The notes under the pieces: model-generated
The model's input: the letters and a program-made list of their open reading frames with translations, nothing else
Database searches by the model: none
What the model was told of the DNA's origin: nothing
Shown here: piece after piece, positions 37,218 through 50,000 of the stretch
Layout of the letters: the number at the start of each line of letters is the position of its first letter
Numbering within the stretch: position 1 is the stretch's first letter
Assembly: GCA_913040915.1 (NCBI GenBank)
Contig: CAJWHW010000002.1
Location: 22,129-86,128, forward strand
Direction: 5' to 3'
From: an uncultured Fidelibacterota bacterium
GTDB taxonomy: Bacteria; Fidelibacterota; Marinisomatia; Marinisomatales; UBA1611
Length of the DNA stretch: 64,000 bases
Translations under genes and position numbers: made by a program

Positions 37218-38945
37218 ATGAAAATGGAAAAACGAACTCTAACAGGAGCAGAAATTATTTGGGAATGTGTGACTAAAGAAGATGTGGGTGTGGTTTTTGG
37301 ATATCCAGGAGGTGCAATCCTACCGGCATATGATGCTTTGAATAATTATCGGGATAAAATTCACCATGTGTTAGTGCGCCATGAACAGGGCGCGACACAT
37401 ATGGCTGATGGGTATGCACGTGCTAGTGGAAATGTGGGGGTAGCTATAGCGACATCAGGACCAGGAGCAACCAATATGGTCACAGGTTTGGCTACTGCAA
37501 AATTAGATTCTGTCCCCATTGTATGTATTACAGGTCAAGTTCCCCGGACTGCCATTGGATCAGATGCGTTTCAAGAAGTAGATATTTATGGTACAGTTTT
37601 TCCGGTGACAAAACATAGTTATTTAGTTATGGATATAAAAGACTTGGCCCCAACTATTAAGGAAGCATTTGCAGTGGCACGTTCCGGTAGGCCTGGTCCG
37701 GTTCTGATTGATATCCCTAAAGATATCCAAACTGAAACAATAGAATTTATTTATCCCAGTGAGCCTGTGAGATTGCCGGGAAATAATAAACTACAAATCT
37801 CCACTGAAAAACAAATTAACGATGCAATCAACTTAATAAATAATGCAAAAAAACCAGTTATTCTTGCAGGACATGGTATTCTTCTATCTGGCGCTTCTCG
37901 AGAAGTGATAAAATTGGCAGAAACTGCATCAATTCCCATTGGCTGGACTTTATTGGGTTCAGGAAGTGTCCCTGCCAGCCACCCACTGAATATGGGTATG
38001 ATGGGCATGCATGGCGAATTTGCAGTGAATAATGCGATCCAAGATGCGGATCTATTAATTGCCTGTGGAATGCGTTTTGATGATCGTGTTACAGGTAATG
38101 TAAAAACCTATTCACCCAATTCAAAAAAAATTCACATTGAAATTGATCCATCAGAAATCAATAAGAATGTCCCTGCCGATGTAGGTATTGCCGGAGATCT
38201 ACGAACTATTTTACTTCAACTTCTTCCGTTGGTAAAACAACGGAAAAATGAAGACTGGCTTAAAATAATTTCTTCTTGGCAATCTGAATCTATGGAAAGA
38301 GATATCATCAATGTCCAAACAGATACCCTCTACGGGGCCCAAGTGATTCGTGATATCTGGAAAGAGACCAGGGGTGATGCGCTTATTGTAACAGATGTAG
38401 GCCAGCACCAAATGCTTGAAGCACAGTATTATGCTCATGAAGAGCCCAACACATTATTAACCTCTGGTGGTTTGGGGACGATGGGTTTCAGTTTACCGGC
38501 GGCAATAGGTGCTAGTTTCACAAATAGAAATAAAGATATTTGGGTTATTGTCGGAGATGGTAGTATCCAGATGACAATTACTGAATTGGCTACTGCAGTA
38601 CAAGAGAATGCTAATATAAAAATTGCCATAATTAATAATGGTTACTTGGGCATGGTTCGTCAGTGGCAGCAGCTATTTTATGATGCCCGTTATGCTGAAA
38701 CACCCATTAGTAGCCCCGATTATTTAAAGATTTCAGAGGCGTATGGTCTGCCAGGCCATAGGGTACAAACCCGTGCTGAGATTCCTAATGTAATTAATAT
38801 GGCAAAAAAAAATGAAGGCCCCGTCCTTATAGAGTTTGTAGTGGAGCAACATGATATGGTTTATCCTATGGTGCCAGCTGGCGCTGATTTGAATGCTATG
38901 ATCAACAGGCCGAAAAATAAGCAATTTCAAGAAATAGAAGAATAA
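37218..38945 (+). CDS. ilvB: acetolactate synthase (acetohydroxyacid synthase) large subunit
   Basis: 575 aa. It contains GAEIIWECV..VFGYPGGAILPAYDAL and the ThDP motif GDGSIQMTITELAT. An ATG at 37224 is an alternative start with better spacing from GGAG. Confidence 0.95.
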   Translation: MKMEKRTLTGAEIIWECVTKEDVGVVFGYPGGAILPAYDALNNYRDKIHHVLVRHEQGATHMADGYARASGNVGVAIATSGPGATNMVTGLATAKLDSVPIVCITGQVPRTAIGSDAFQEVDIYGTVFPVTKHSYLVMDIKDLAPTIKEAFAVARSGRPGPVLIDIPKDIQTETIEFIYPSEPVRLPGNNKLQISTEKQINDAINLINNAKKPVILAGHGILLSGASREVIKLAETASIPIGWTLLGSGSVPASHPLNMGMMGMHGEFAVNNAIQDADLLIACGMRFDDRVTGNVKTYSPNSKKIHIEIDPSEINKNVPADVGIAGDLRTILLQLLPLVKQRKNEDWLKIISSWQSESMERDIINVQTDTLYGAQVIRDIWKETRGDALIVTDVGQHQMLEAQYYAHEEPNTLLTSGGLGTMGFSLPAAIGASFTNRNKDIWVIVGDGSIQMTITELATAVQENANIKIAIINNGYLGMVRQWQQLFYDARYAETPISSPDYLKISEAYGLPGHRVQTRAEIPNVINMAKKNEGPVLIEFVVEQHDMVYPMVPAGADLNAMINRPKNKQFQEIEE

Positions 38946-38960
38946 AGGAATTAATAAGTA

Positions 38961-39512
38961 ATGAAGCAAACCTTAATCGTATTTGTTCAGGATGAGCCTG
39001 GCGTATTAAATAGGATCTCCAGTCATATCCGACGGCGAAACTTTAATATTGAAAGTCTGGTGGCAGGCCGGACCGAAAAGAAAGGTATTACCAGAATGAC
39101 CGTTGTGTTAAATGAACCTGACCAAACCAAACAACGGATTGTAGTCAATAGTTTAAAACAACTTATTGATGTATATGATGTAATTGATGCGACCAAAATT
39201 GAAAGCCATATACGAGAATATGCATTGGTTAAAGTTGCCATAAAGAAAAATGATTTGGCAGATGTGGAAAAAGTAGTTAAAAGTATTCATGGTAATATTA
39301 TTGAAAGTAGTGATGATGCTACCATCTTTGAATTGACGGGTTATGAAGAAGAAGTAGAATTAGCAATTTCGCAACTTGAGCGATATAACGTATTAGAAAT
39401 TGTTCGTTCAGGGAAAGTAGCCATGGCTTCCGGTAATTACGCGGAAAATCAGCCTGAGTTAAACAAGACAGAACCAAATTGGTCAACCCGTAGAATTCTG
39501 GAATCCTTTTAA
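38961..39512 (+). CDS. ilvN: acetolactate synthase small (regulatory) subunit
   Basis: 183 aa with the ACT domain LIVFVQDEPGVLNRISSHIRRRNFNIESL. Confidence 0.92.
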   Translation: MKQTLIVFVQDEPGVLNRISSHIRRRNFNIESLVAGRTEKKGITRMTVVLNEPDQTKQRIVVNSLKQLIDVYDVIDATKIESHIREYALVKVAIKKNDLADVEKVVKSIHGNIIESSDDATIFELTGYEEEVELAISQLERYNVLEIVRSGKVAMASGNYAENQPELNKTEPNWSTRRILESF

Positions 39513-39544
39513 CAAAAGCTTTGAATTAAATCTTTGGAGACAAA

Positions 39545-40588
39545 ATGAAAGAATTAAATATTAATGGATATTCTGAAACCATTATTGAACGGTCAGATTT
39601 TCCACAAGAAAAATGTAAAGCTATATTAAAAGATGAAGTTACAGCCATCCTTGGATATGGCCCACAAGGTTATGGTCAAGGAATGAATATGCGTGATCAG
39701 GGGTATAATGTCATCTTGGGGCTACGCCGCGGACTTAGTTGGGATAAGGCTTTAAGTGATGGATGGCTGGAAGGTGAAAATCTTTTTGAAATTTCTGATG
39801 CCGCAAAGCGAGGGACTATAATTCAATTTCTACTTTCTGATGCTGGACAAATTCAAGCATGGCCTACAGTTAAAGAGCACTTGAACGAAGGTGATGCTCT
39901 TTATTTTTCACACGGTTTCGGTGTTGTCTTTAATGATCACACTAATATTGTTACACCAGATAATATAGATGTAATGCTCGTAGCTCCCAAAGGTAGCGGT
40001 TTAACAGTGCGAACGCATTTTAAATCGGGACGCGGAATTAATGCTTCATTTGCAATCCATCAGGATTTTACAGGTAAGGCTAGAGACCGTTGTATTGCAA
40101 CAGCATTTGCAATAGGCTCAGGGCATTTATTCGAAACGACTTTTGAAAAGGAAGTCCATAGTGATTTGACTGGTGAAAGATGTGTATTAATGGGACTTCT
40201 TCAAGGAGCCTTTTTAGCACAATATGAAGTCTTACGTGAAAATGGACATTCTCCATCTGAGGCTTATAATGAAACGATCGAAGAAGCATTACAAAGTCTT
40301 TATCCGCTGGTAGCAGAAAATGGTATGGATTGGATGTATGCAAATTGCTCTACAACAGCTCAGCGTGGAGCTTTGGATTGGGCACCCAAATTCAGAGATA
40401 CCTTAAAACCAGTTATTGAAGAATGTTATCAAAAAGTATTGAGCGGCGAAGAAGCCAAACGTGCAATTGAATCCAACTCAAAATTAGATTACAGGGAGAC
40501 ACTGGAAAAAGAATTAGCTGCAATTAATGATCAGGAAATGTGGGTTGCTGGAAAGGAATTACGGCAATTGCGCCCAGAGAATCTCTAA
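39545..40588 (+). CDS. ilvC: ketol-acid reductoisomerase
   Basis: 347 aa. It contains ILGYGPQGYGQGMNMRDQG and the class I KARI core. Confidence 0.93.
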   Translation: MKELNINGYSETIIERSDFPQEKCKAILKDEVTAILGYGPQGYGQGMNMRDQGYNVILGLRRGLSWDKALSDGWLEGENLFEISDAAKRGTIIQFLLSDAGQIQAWPTVKEHLNEGDALYFSHGFGVVFNDHTNIVTPDNIDVMLVAPKGSGLTVRTHFKSGRGINASFAIHQDFTGKARDRCIATAFAIGSGHLFETTFEKEVHSDLTGERCVLMGLLQGAFLAQYEVLRENGHSPSEAYNETIEEALQSLYPLVAENGMDWMYANCSTTAQRGALDWAPKFRDTLKPVIEECYQKVLSGEEAKRAIESNSKLDYRETLEKELAAINDQEMWVAGKELRQLRPENL

Positions 40589-40595
40589 TCATATT

Positions 40596-41714
40596 ATGAA
40601 ATCATTAAAATTAACAATTCTTCCAGGTGATGGTATAGGCCCAGAAGTAATGGATGCCGCCCTGGGTATCTTGGATGTTATAGGTGCTCACTATAACCTG
40701 AATTTTGAATTTCAGTCAGAATTAATGGGCGGGGCATCAATTGATCGATGTGGCGAGCCTATTACTGTAGATGTTTTGGAAAAATGCAAGGCATCTGATG
40801 CTGTACTTTTAGGTGCTGTGGGAGGACTTAAGTGGGATGACTTACCTCCAGAAAAAAAACCTGAAAAAGGGTTGTTACGCCTTAGGGAAGAGTTAGGATT
40901 GTTTTGCAATCTTCGCCCTGCGAAGATTTATACCCCATTGGCAGATGCATCAACACTTAAAAGGGATGTAATTGTAGGCTCGGATATAATGGTGGTCCGT
41001 GAATTAACAAGTGGAATTTATTTTGGTGAGCCTAGGGGCCTTAATCGAGATGAAGGTTATAATACACTTTATTATAAAAGAAATGAGGTAGAGAGGATTG
41101 CCAAATCAGCCTTTAAGCTAGCGCAAAAACGTAATGGCCATGTTACATCAGTAGATAAGTCCAATGTATTAGATAGTTCGCAGTTTTGGCGGAATATTGT
41201 TCATGAAGTTCATAAGGATTTTAAAGATGTTCCTTTAACAGACATGCTTGTTGATAATGCTGCTATGCAATTAGTACGTGATCCTAAGCAGTTTGATGTC
41301 GTAGTCACTCAAAATTTATTCGGGGATATATTAAGTGATATTACCGCTATACTTACCGGCAGTTTAGGTATGCTTCCATCGGCCAGTATTGGTGATACCC
41401 ATGCCTTATATGAGCCTGTCCATGGGACAGCACCAGATATTGCCGGACAAAATAAAGCTAATCCGATTGCCATGATTAGTTCCGTAGCCATGATGTTGGA
41501 AATCACTCTAAATCTGCCTCAGGCAGCATTGGAGTTAAATCAAGCGATTGAATCCGTATTAAATGAAGGATATAGGACTTTGGATATTGCATCTGAAGGT
41601 TCGATCATTATTTCAACAACTGATATGAGGGATCAAATAATCCAAACCTTTGAAAAAAATGTAGTTCAAGTTACTAATATGTCTTCTCAAGAATTTGTAA
41701 AGGAAAAAAGATGA
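40596..41714 (+). CDS. leuB: 3-isopropylmalate dehydrogenase
   Basis: It contains MKSLKLTILPGDGIGPEV, VRELTSGIYFG and NLFGDILSD. The ORF-track start at 40527 overlaps the ilvC end and is rejected. Confidence 0.94.
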   Translation: MKSLKLTILPGDGIGPEVMDAALGILDVIGAHYNLNFEFQSELMGGASIDRCGEPITVDVLEKCKASDAVLLGAVGGLKWDDLPPEKKPEKGLLRLREELGLFCNLRPAKIYTPLADASTLKRDVIVGSDIMVVRELTSGIYFGEPRGLNRDEGYNTLYYKRNEVERIAKSAFKLAQKRNGHVTSVDKSNVLDSSQFWRNIVHEVHKDFKDVPLTDMLVDNAAMQLVRDPKQFDVVVTQNLFGDILSDITAILTGSLGMLPSASIGDTHALYEPVHGTAPDIAGQNKANPIAMISSVAMMLEITLNLPQAALELNQAIESVLNEGYRTLDIASEGSIIISTTDMRDQIIQTFEKNVVQVTNMSSQEFVKEKR

Positions 41715-43288
41715 GTGAAAAAATTATAGTATTTGATACAACATTGCGGGATGGTGAACAAGCGCCAGGTGCATCCCTCAACGTATATGAAAAGTTGGAA
41801 ATTGCAAAACAAATGGAGCGACTTAATGTGGATGTTATTGAAGCAGGATTCCCAGTCTCATCGCAAGCACAGTTTGAAGCTGTCCAGCGGATTGCTGATT
41901 CTGTTGATGCAACCATCGCTGGTTTAGCTCGGACAATTGAAGCTGATATAGATGCTTGTAGGAAGGCGTTGCAAGGTGCTGATCTCTCTCGTATTCATAC
42001 ATTTATTGGCACATCTGATATCCATCTACAGGGAAAATTTGGAGCAGCTCGTTATGGGAAATCACTAAAAGAGAAAAGAAAGACCATAATGAAAATGGCT
42101 CATAATGCGGTTCGATATGCAAAAACATTTACAGATGATGTCGAATTTTCTCCTGAAGATGCAGGAAGAACAGATATTGGCTATTTATCAGAAGTGATAG
42201 AAACTGTTATTTCTGCCGGAGCGACCACTGTGAATATCCCTGACACAACCGGCTACACTATGCCGGAAGAATTCGGTGCCAAGATTGCAGAAATAAAAAG
42301 TAGAGTGAGTAATATTAATAAAGCTGTGATAAGCGTCCATTGCCACAATGACCTTGGGCTTGCAGTAGCAAATTCATTAAGTGCCATATCTAATGGTGCG
42401 CGGCAAGTAGAATGCACTATTAATGGCATAGGTGAACGAGCAGGAAATGCCAGTATGGAAGAAATTGTGATGGCACTTAATGTTCGTTCCAATTTTTGGG
42501 ATTTTCATACAAATATCAACACCGAAGAAATATATAATACCAGCCGTATGGTTTCTGGGTTTACAGGAATGTTGGTTCAGCCTAATAAAGCTATCGTAGG
42601 AGAAAATGCATTTGCTCATGAATCGGGGATACACCAGGATGGTATGTTAAAGAATAGGCATACCTATGAGATTATGACCCCAGAATCGGTAGGCATTGTT
42701 AAAAATAAAATTATTTTGGGACGTCACTCAGGCCGCCATGGACTTTCAGCACGTATGGAAGCACTTGGTTATGAGATATCAGATGAAAACATGGATAATC
42801 TTTATGAGAGATTTTTAGAGTTGGCTGATAAAAAGAAAGAAATTTATGATGAAGATCTCCGGGTACTTATGGGAGATAAAGCTGAAAGTGATAATGGATT
42901 TTATCATCTTGATTATCTCCATGTTAACCTAGGGACTACAACGATTGCTACTGCTACAGTCAGGATTAAATCTAAAAACAAAATCTGTGAAGAATCAGCA
43001 ACAGGTGATGGCCCTGTAGATGCTTGTTTTCGTGCGATCAGCCGAGCGATTAATTTCCAAGAGCAGGTAAAACTGGAGCATTACCAGGTACGCTCTATTA
43101 CAGCTGGGAAAGGTGCTCTTGGTGAAGTTACCACTCGTCTAAATATCCTTGGCACCGCATATACAGGAAAGGGAGTATCCACAGACACGATCCGTGCCAG
43201 TGCAAAATCTTACCTGCATGCTCTAAATCATTTTGAGTCCATGAAAGATATGGATAATCTTTTTGAAAAAATTACTGAAACTATCTAA
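41711..43288 (+). CDS. leuA: 2-isopropylmalate synthase
   Basis: 525 aa. It contains [13 protein letters not shown] and [14 protein letters not shown], with a C-terminal LeuA dimerisation/regulatory domain. Confidence 0.93.
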   Translation: MSEKIIVFDTTLRDGEQAPGASLNVYEKLEIAKQMERLNVDVIEAGFPVSSQAQFEAVQRIADSVDATIAGLARTIEADIDACRKALQGADLSRIHTFIGTSDIHLQGKFGAARYGKSLKEKRKTIMKMAHNAVRYAKTFTDDVEFSPEDAGRTDIGYLSEVIETVISAGATTVNIPDTTGYTMPEEFGAKIAEIKSRVSNINKAVISVHCHNDLGLAVANSLSAISNGARQVECTINGIGERAGNASMEEIVMALNVRSNFWDFHTNINTEEIYNTSRMVSGFTGMLVQPNKAIVGENAFAHESGIHQDGMLKNRHTYEIMTPESVGIVKNKIILGRHSGRHGLSARMEALGYEISDENMDNLYERFLELADKKKEIYDEDLRVLMGDKAESDNGFYHLDYLHVNLGTTTIATATVRIKSKNKICEESATGDGPVDACFRAISRAINFQEQVKLEHYQVRSITAGKGALGEVTTRLNILGTAYTGKGVSTDTIRASAKSYLHALNHFESMKDMDNLFEKITETI

Positions 43289-43290
43289 TT

Positions 43291-44682
43291 ATGGCTGGTA
43301 GTACCTTATATGATAAACTTTGGGATATCCATACAGTACGTAACAATGAAGATGGAACAAGTCTTCTTTATATTGATCGCCAGCTAATCCATGAAGTAAC
43401 ATCACCACAAGCCTTTGAAGGATTAAAGCTAACTGGTCGTAATCTTTGGCGATCTACTGCTAATGTGGCTGTTCCAGACCACAATATTCCTACCCAAAAC
43501 AGGGATGAAGGAATTACTGATCCTGTATCCAAGTTGCAGGTAGATACTTTGGATAAAAATTGTGATACATTCAATATTATGGAATTTAAAATGTCAAATC
43601 CAAACCAAGGGATAGTACATGTTATAGGACCTGAACAAGGATTAACATTACCTGGGATGACTATTGTTTGTGGGGATTCCCATACATCTACCCATGGTGC
43701 CCTTGGTGCTCTAGCTTTTGGGATTGGTACATCAGAAGTGGAGCATGTGTTAGCTACTCAATGTCTTATCCAGAAAAAATCAAAAAATATGCTGGTTAAA
43801 GTAGATGGACAATTGCAATCAGGTGTAACAGCAAAAGATTTGATTCTAGCTATTATTGGGAATATTGGCACATCAGGCGGGACAGGACATACCATTGAAT
43901 TTTCCGGTGAGACAATCCGTTCTTTATCAATGGAAGGACGCATGACAATATGCAACATGGCAATTGAAGCGGGTGCACGTGCTGGATTGATAGCTGTCGA
44001 TGAAAAAACTCTTAATTATGTGGAAGGGAAACCTTACGCCCCAAAAGGGAATATGTGGTTAAAGGCAGTTAATTATTGGCAGACTCTTCAAAGTGACTCA
44101 GATGCTATTTTTGATAAAATAGTAGAAATGGATGCTAATAAAATCAAGCCCATGGTTACTTGGGGCACATCTCCAGAAATGGTAACAGATGTGGATGGGG
44201 TCATTCCTGTTTCTGCGAGGGGCTCGATGCCACAGGCCTTGTCTTATATGGGTCTTAAGGAAGGTACAGCCATAAAAGATATCACATTGGATAAAGTTTT
44301 TATTGGTTCCTGCACAAATTCACGAATTGAAGATCTTCGTGAAGCAGCTAGGATTGTAATTGGTAAAAAAGTAGCGAACTCAATAAAATTAGCTATGGTT
44401 GTCCCCGGTTCGGGACCAGTCAAATATCAAGCAGAGAAGGAGGGGTTAGACAAGATATTTTTAGATGCAGGATTTGAATGGCGTGAGCCAGGCTGTTCTA
44501 TGTGTTTGGCTATGAATTCTGACCGTTTAAATCCGGGTGAGCGTTGTGCATCAACATCTAACCGAAACTTTGAAGGGCGTCAGGGGAGAGGTGGTCGGAC
44601 CCATTTAGTAAGTCCAGCCATGGCAGCTGCAGCTGCTATAAATGGTCACTTTGTCAATGTAGCTAGAGATTGGAATAAATAA
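43291..44682 (+). CDS. leuC: 3-isopropylmalate dehydratase large subunit
   Basis: 463 aa. It contains [17 protein letters not shown] and the aconitase Cys ligands ([15 protein letters not shown]). Confidence 0.95.
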   Translation: MAGSTLYDKLWDIHTVRNNEDGTSLLYIDRQLIHEVTSPQAFEGLKLTGRNLWRSTANVAVPDHNIPTQNRDEGITDPVSKLQVDTLDKNCDTFNIMEFKMSNPNQGIVHVIGPEQGLTLPGMTIVCGDSHTSTHGALGALAFGIGTSEVEHVLATQCLIQKKSKNMLVKVDGQLQSGVTAKDLILAIIGNIGTSGGTGHTIEFSGETIRSLSMEGRMTICNMAIEAGARAGLIAVDEKTLNYVEGKPYAPKGNMWLKAVNYWQTLQSDSDAIFDKIVEMDANKIKPMVTWGTSPEMVTDVDGVIPVSARGSMPQALSYMGLKEGTAIKDITLDKVFIGSCTNSRIEDLREAARIVIGKKVANSIKLAMVVPGSGPVKYQAEKEGLDKIFLDAGFEWREPGCSMCLAMNSDRLNPGERCASTSNRNFEGRQGRGGRTHLVSPAMAAAAAINGHFVNVARDWNK

Positions 44683-44683
44683 A

Positions 44684-45328
44684 ATGGAAAAATTTCAAAC
44701 TTTTACTGGAATAGTTGCTCCTCTAGATCGTGCTAATATTGATACGGATGCCATTATTCCAAAACAATTTTTAAAATCTATTAAACGAACTGGCTTTGGT
44801 CCAAACCTATTTGATGAATGGCGATATTTAGATACTGGCGAACCGGGCCAAGATTGTAGTAACCGGCCACTGAATAAGGATTTTGTTCTAAATAAAAAAC
44901 GATTTATAGATGCTTCAATTTTATTAACAGGTGAAAATTTTGGATGTGGATCCAGTCGAGAACATGCACCCTGGGCCTTGTTGGATTATGGTATTAAAAC
45001 AGTTATTGCAGAAAGTTTTGCAGATATTTTTTACAATAACTGTTTTAAAAATGGAATCCTTCCTATTACCTTGGGGAAAAATCTCATCCAGAGTCTTTTT
45101 AAAAAAACTGAAGCCGAAAAAGGGTTTTTTCTAATAGTAGATCTAGAAAAGCAGTTATTAACAGATCCCAAAGGTGAATCTTTAGGCTTTCAATTAGAAG
45201 CTTTCAGAAAGAGCATACTATTGAAAGGGCTTGATGAGATTGGATCAACGCTAACTTATAAGGAAGAGATACAAAAATTTGAATTACACCATAAAAAAGG
45301 GCAGCCGTGGCTGTTTACAAACAGATGA
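44684..45328 (+). CDS. leuD: 3-isopropylmalate dehydratase small subunit
   Basis: 214 aa. It contains [18 protein letters not shown] and [17 protein letters not shown]. Confidence 0.94.
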   Translation: MEKFQTFTGIVAPLDRANIDTDAIIPKQFLKSIKRTGFGPNLFDEWRYLDTGEPGQDCSNRPLNKDFVLNKKRFIDASILLTGENFGCGSSREHAPWALLDYGIKTVIAESFADIFYNNCFKNGILPITLGKNLIQSLFKKTEAEKGFFLIVDLEKQLLTDPKGESLGFQLEAFRKSILLKGLDEIGSTLTYKEEIQKFELHHKKGQPWLFTNR

Positions 45329-46944
45329 ATAAAAAATTAAAAAAAATCGAATTATTTGATACGACACTCAGAGATGGGACTCAAGGAGAAGGAGTTAATC
45401 TTTCCGTGGATGATAAATTACGGATTGCTGCTAAGCTAGATGAATTTGGCATTAATATTATTGAGGGTGGCTGGCCTGGGAGTAACCCAAAGGATCAGGA
45501 ATTTTTTCAGCGTTCAAGCGAATTAAATTTGCAACAAGCACAAATATGTGCTTTTGGTTCAACAGCACGTTGGCCAGATAAAATTGAATCTGATCCTAAT
45601 CTAAATGCACTGTTAGATGCTGAAACACCAGTGATTACACTTTTTGGAAAAACTTGGGAGCTTCATTCTGAAAAAGGCCTGGGATTAAATGAATATGAGA
45701 ATGCCCAGCTTATTGAAAAATCAATCTCTTTTTTAGTAAAAGAGGGAAAACGAGTCATTTTTGATGCTGAGCACTTTTTTGATGGATATAAGGCTTCTCC
45801 ATCATTTGCATTATCGATGTTAGAAGCAGCACAAAGAGGTGGAGCAGATACTCTAGTATTATGTGATACAAATGGCGGCTCCTTACCAGGGTTTATTAAA
45901 AATGCTACCGATAAAGTAGCTAGGAAATATAATACTCGTGTTGGAATTCATGTTCATAATGATGGAGGTCTCGCTACAGCAAATACATTAGCTGCTGTTG
46001 AGGCAGGAGTCACGCATGTCCAGGGGACGATTAATGGTGTTGGTGAACGATGTGGGAATGCGAATCTGGGTATAATCATACCTAATCTAATTTTGAAAAT
46101 GGATTATGAGACTCAATCAAAAATCAATTTAGAAAATTTGACACATTTAACCCATTTTGTGTATGGCAGCATGAATCGTCATCCCGATGATCAAGCCCCT
46201 TATGTTGGAAAATCAGCCTTCGCACACAAGGGGGGTATTCATGTTAGTGCGGTAATGAAAGATAGTAGAATGTATGAACATATTGACCCTAAGGTTATTG
46301 GAAACCACCAAAGGGTACTCATATCAGACCTAGCTGGACAAAGTAATATTCGATTCAAGGCAGATGAACTTAATGTGGCATTAAATGGAGATAATAAATT
46401 AACAAAGGATATAGTCCTTCATATTAAATCCTTGGAACACGAAGGTTACCAATTTGAAGGAGCTGAGGCTTCTTTCGAACTTATGCTTCTTGAAAGAAAG
46501 GGTGCTTTTACACCGTTTTTTGATGTAATGAGTTCCAGAGTTAATGTGAACTATGATCATTCTGGACATAATAAAGCAGATGCCATGTTGAAAGTTGTTG
46601 TAGATGGTGAAGTTGAGCAAACAGCTGCAGATGGTGTAGGCCCAGTTGATGCTTTAAATAATGCATTAAAAAAAGCATTAATTCGATTTTATCCTCAATT
46701 GAATGAATTAAAACTTACTGATTATAAAGTTCGTGTATTAAATGAAGAGGACGGCACTAGTGCCAAAGTTCGTGTCTTGATTGAAAGTTCGGATGGCATA
46801 GCTAGTTGGACAACCATTGGTGTTTCAGAAAATATTATTGAAGCCACATGGCAGGCACTGAGGGATAGTTTTAATTATCGTTTATTAAAGACAGAAGTAA
46901 ATCAGAAAATAAATATAAATAAAAAAGAAAAAACACATGCCTAA
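45325..46944 (+). CDS. cimA: citramalate synthase-type LeuA homolog (probable (R)-citramalate synthase)
   Basis: The start ATGA overlaps the leuD stop. [23 protein letters not shown] and [16 protein letters not shown] are typical of the CimA/LeuA-related subfamily as I remember it. A LeuA-dimer-like C-terminus is present. Confidence 0.75.
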   Translation: MNKKLKKIELFDTTLRDGTQGEGVNLSVDDKLRIAAKLDEFGINIIEGGWPGSNPKDQEFFQRSSELNLQQAQICAFGSTARWPDKIESDPNLNALLDAETPVITLFGKTWELHSEKGLGLNEYENAQLIEKSISFLVKEGKRVIFDAEHFFDGYKASPSFALSMLEAAQRGGADTLVLCDTNGGSLPGFIKNATDKVARKYNTRVGIHVHNDGGLATANTLAAVEAGVTHVQGTINGVGERCGNANLGIIIPNLILKMDYETQSKINLENLTHLTHFVYGSMNRHPDDQAPYVGKSAFAHKGGIHVSAVMKDSRMYEHIDPKVIGNHQRVLISDLAGQSNIRFKADELNVALNGDNKLTKDIVLHIKSLEHEGYQFEGAEASFELMLLERKGAFTPFFDVMSSRVNVNYDHSGHNKADAMLKVVVDGEVEQTAADGVGPVDALNNALKKALIRFYPQLNELKLTDYKVRVLNEEDGTSAKVRVLIESSDGIASWTTIGVSENIIEATWQALRDSFNYRLLKTEVNQKININKKEKTHA

Positions 46945-47017
46945 TCATTGGGAAAAATATGGCTTAATGGTGAAACACTCCATATAACTACCAGGTTTTA
47001 ATTTTTAATTATTAAAA

Positions 47018-50000
47018 ATGTATAAGGAAAAGAAAATTTATTCTTTATATAACCCACAGGTCTTTCACGATGCCTGTGGTATTGGATTCATTGTAACAAG
47101 ATCTGGAAAACCAGAGAAAAGAATACTTCCTTTAGCTATAAAATCATTAAAACGACTATCTCACCGTGGAGCAAAGTCTTATGATCGGAAATCTGGTGAT
47201 GGTTCAGGTATCCTTATAGACTTACCGAAAACATTTTTTAGAACTGTTCTTCGTAATGAGTTTAATAAGTCTATTCCCGGAAGAGAAATTTTAGCAGTAG
47301 CTATGGTTTTCACAACTGCATATGAGCGGAAGTGGCTTGAAAAACTATTTGCAATACAATTAAAGGAATCGGGATTTCGCTTACATGCAGTCAGGTGTGT
47401 TCCTACAGAAAATAAATCTTTAGGTGAGCTTGCCTTTAAAACTAAACCTATAATATTACAGTTCATTGTTTCTGGAAAAAAAATCAGGAAAAAGAATTTT
47501 GAGACTAGTTTGTATCTTCTAAGAAAAATAATTGAGAAAAAGATATTAAATGAAAGAAAAAAATCATACATCTGTTCTTTTTCATCAAAAATAATTGTGT
47601 ATAAGGGGCTGATGGCATCAGCACAGCTCGATCAGTTTTACCTTGATCTTCGCGATAAGGATTTTGTTGTAAAAATGGTTTTATTTCACGAACGCTTTTC
47701 TACTAATACAGGATCTGCTTGGGCCATGGCCCAGCCGTTTCAAATGGTTGCTCACAATGGTGAATTCAATACCATAAAAGGAAACAGGTTATGGATGAAA
47801 GCTCGTGAAAAAGAAATTTCATCAAAATTTTGGGGATCAGATTTAGATAACTTAAAACCAATAATAGAACCTACCGGAAGCGATTCAAAAAGTTTTGATA
47901 ATGTATTGGAGTTTCTAGTAAGAAGTGGGCGGAATATTTTTGATAGTATTATGATTATGATTCCGGATACATATTCTCAAAAAAAGAAATACTACAGTAA
48001 CAGAAATATGAATAGAAAAATGCGTGATTATTTTGTATATCATGAAAACTTTATAGAACCATGGGATGGCCCTGCTGCAGTTGTTTACACCGATGGTGAC
48101 TTTATAGGTGCTAAAATGGATCGTAATGGTTTACGTCCTCTAAGATATACTATTACAAAGGATAATCTTGTCATAATGGCATCAGAAGCGGGTATTCTTG
48201 AAGTGGATGATGATAACCTAATTCTTCACCACCATATGAAATCGGAAGAAATATTTGGCGTATCTCTATCTGATGGCGCAATTATAAAAAATAAAGAATT
48301 GAAAATTAGGGAGGCATCAAAAAAACCCTATGGTCAGCTCTTAAAAAATAATTTGCACGTTTTAAATAGACAAAACACTTCCGATGAATTTGGAATATTT
48401 GGAATACCTCCAGATGGGTTTGATCAGCGTTTAAGAGTTGCGCTTGGATGGTCAAAGGAAGATCTCACTAAATTTTTAATTCCAATGGCTACAAATAGAA
48501 GAGAACCATTGGGATCAATGGGGGATGATACTCCTTTGGCTGCAATTTCACAAATTGACCGCAGGTTTTATGATTATTTTAAACAGTGGTTTGCACAGGT
48601 TACAAATCCACCAATTGATTCGATAAGAGAACGATCTGTCATGAGCTTATATAAATACCTCGGTAGTGAGGATAATTTATTAAATACTCGACCGACATTT
48701 AATGGAGCTATAAGAATAACGAGCCCAGTATTATCACCAAATGAAATTTTAAAACTCCATGGCTATAAAGATTGGTTTATGCATAAAAAATTTATTTGTC
48801 ACTATAAAAAATCTGCGAACCTAGGTTTAAAACTGCAACGAATTAATTATAATTCTGCAAAATCTGTAGAAAATGGGGCAAAGATTATTTTTTTAAGTGA
48901 TGAGGGATTAAAATGTGGCGCCTTGCCTATACCAATGCCCCTGGTTGTTTCATCCGTACATAATTATTTAGTTAAGAAAAAGTTAAGAAGTAATGTTTCA
49001 ATTATTTGCATTGCGGGTGATGTTGTTGAAGACCATCACATTGCAGTTTTAATAGCTTTAGGCGCTAGCGCGGTATATCCCTATATGGCTTATGAACTAA
49101 TCAGAGAATATTTTAATGATGATGATTGGGCTGAAAAAATGAGTAACTATCGTTATGCACTTGAAAAAGGGTTACTCAAGATTATGTCCAAAATGGGAAT
49201 ATCTACTATAAGTAGCTATCATGGTAGTATGTTGCTACATTCTATAGGACTGGGTCCAAAAATTTCCAAATCTCATTTCCCTACTATTCCAAGCTATTTA
49301 GGTGGGGTTGAGATTGAAAATATTCATAATTCTTTATTGAAACGTCATGAGATTGCTTTTGATGTAAAAAAGAATGGAATGGTAGAAAAAGGATTATACA
49401 GGTATAGAAAAAAGGGCGAGGCTCATGGGTTTAGCCCTGTAAATTTTAAAAAAATACAATCTGTATCCGAAAATAATAAGGTTACCAAATCCTCTGCTGA
49501 AATTGATATTGTTTATATTAGAGATTTTTTCAAGATAGTAAGTAAAAGAATTTCTATTAATATTGATATGGTAGAGTCATCAGAATCAATTCTTAAGCGA
49601 ATTGGGTCAGGTGGAATCTCCTTTGGAGCAATTTCTGAAAAATCTCATCGGGAACTTGCTAGAGGCTTTACTTTAGTTGGCGCAAGAAGTAATACAGGAG
49701 AAGGAGGTGAGTTGGAAGACCGTTACAGTGTATCTAATCCTGATAAAAATGTGAATTCTTATGTAAAACAGATTGCGAGTGGAAGATTTGGAGTCAATGT
49801 TGAGTACCTTACGGCAGCACGCGAAATACAAATAAAAATGGCACAGGGTGCGAAACCAGGTGAAGGAGGGCAACTTCCTGGGTTCAAAGTTTCAAATCTA
49901 ATTGCTTCAGCCAGATCATCAACACCTGGCATGCCATTAATTAGTCCACCACCTCACCATGATATATATAGTATTGAAGACATCAAACAATTAATTTATG

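Noticed and set aside
40527-40595. N-terminal extensions proposed by the ORF track for leuB (40527), gap (55317), cimA (45307), thrB (30876), trpE (26894) and trpB (22411).
   Set aside because: In each case an internal ATG reproduces the conserved family N-terminus and removes an implausible overlap with the preceding gene or with the attenuator terminator.
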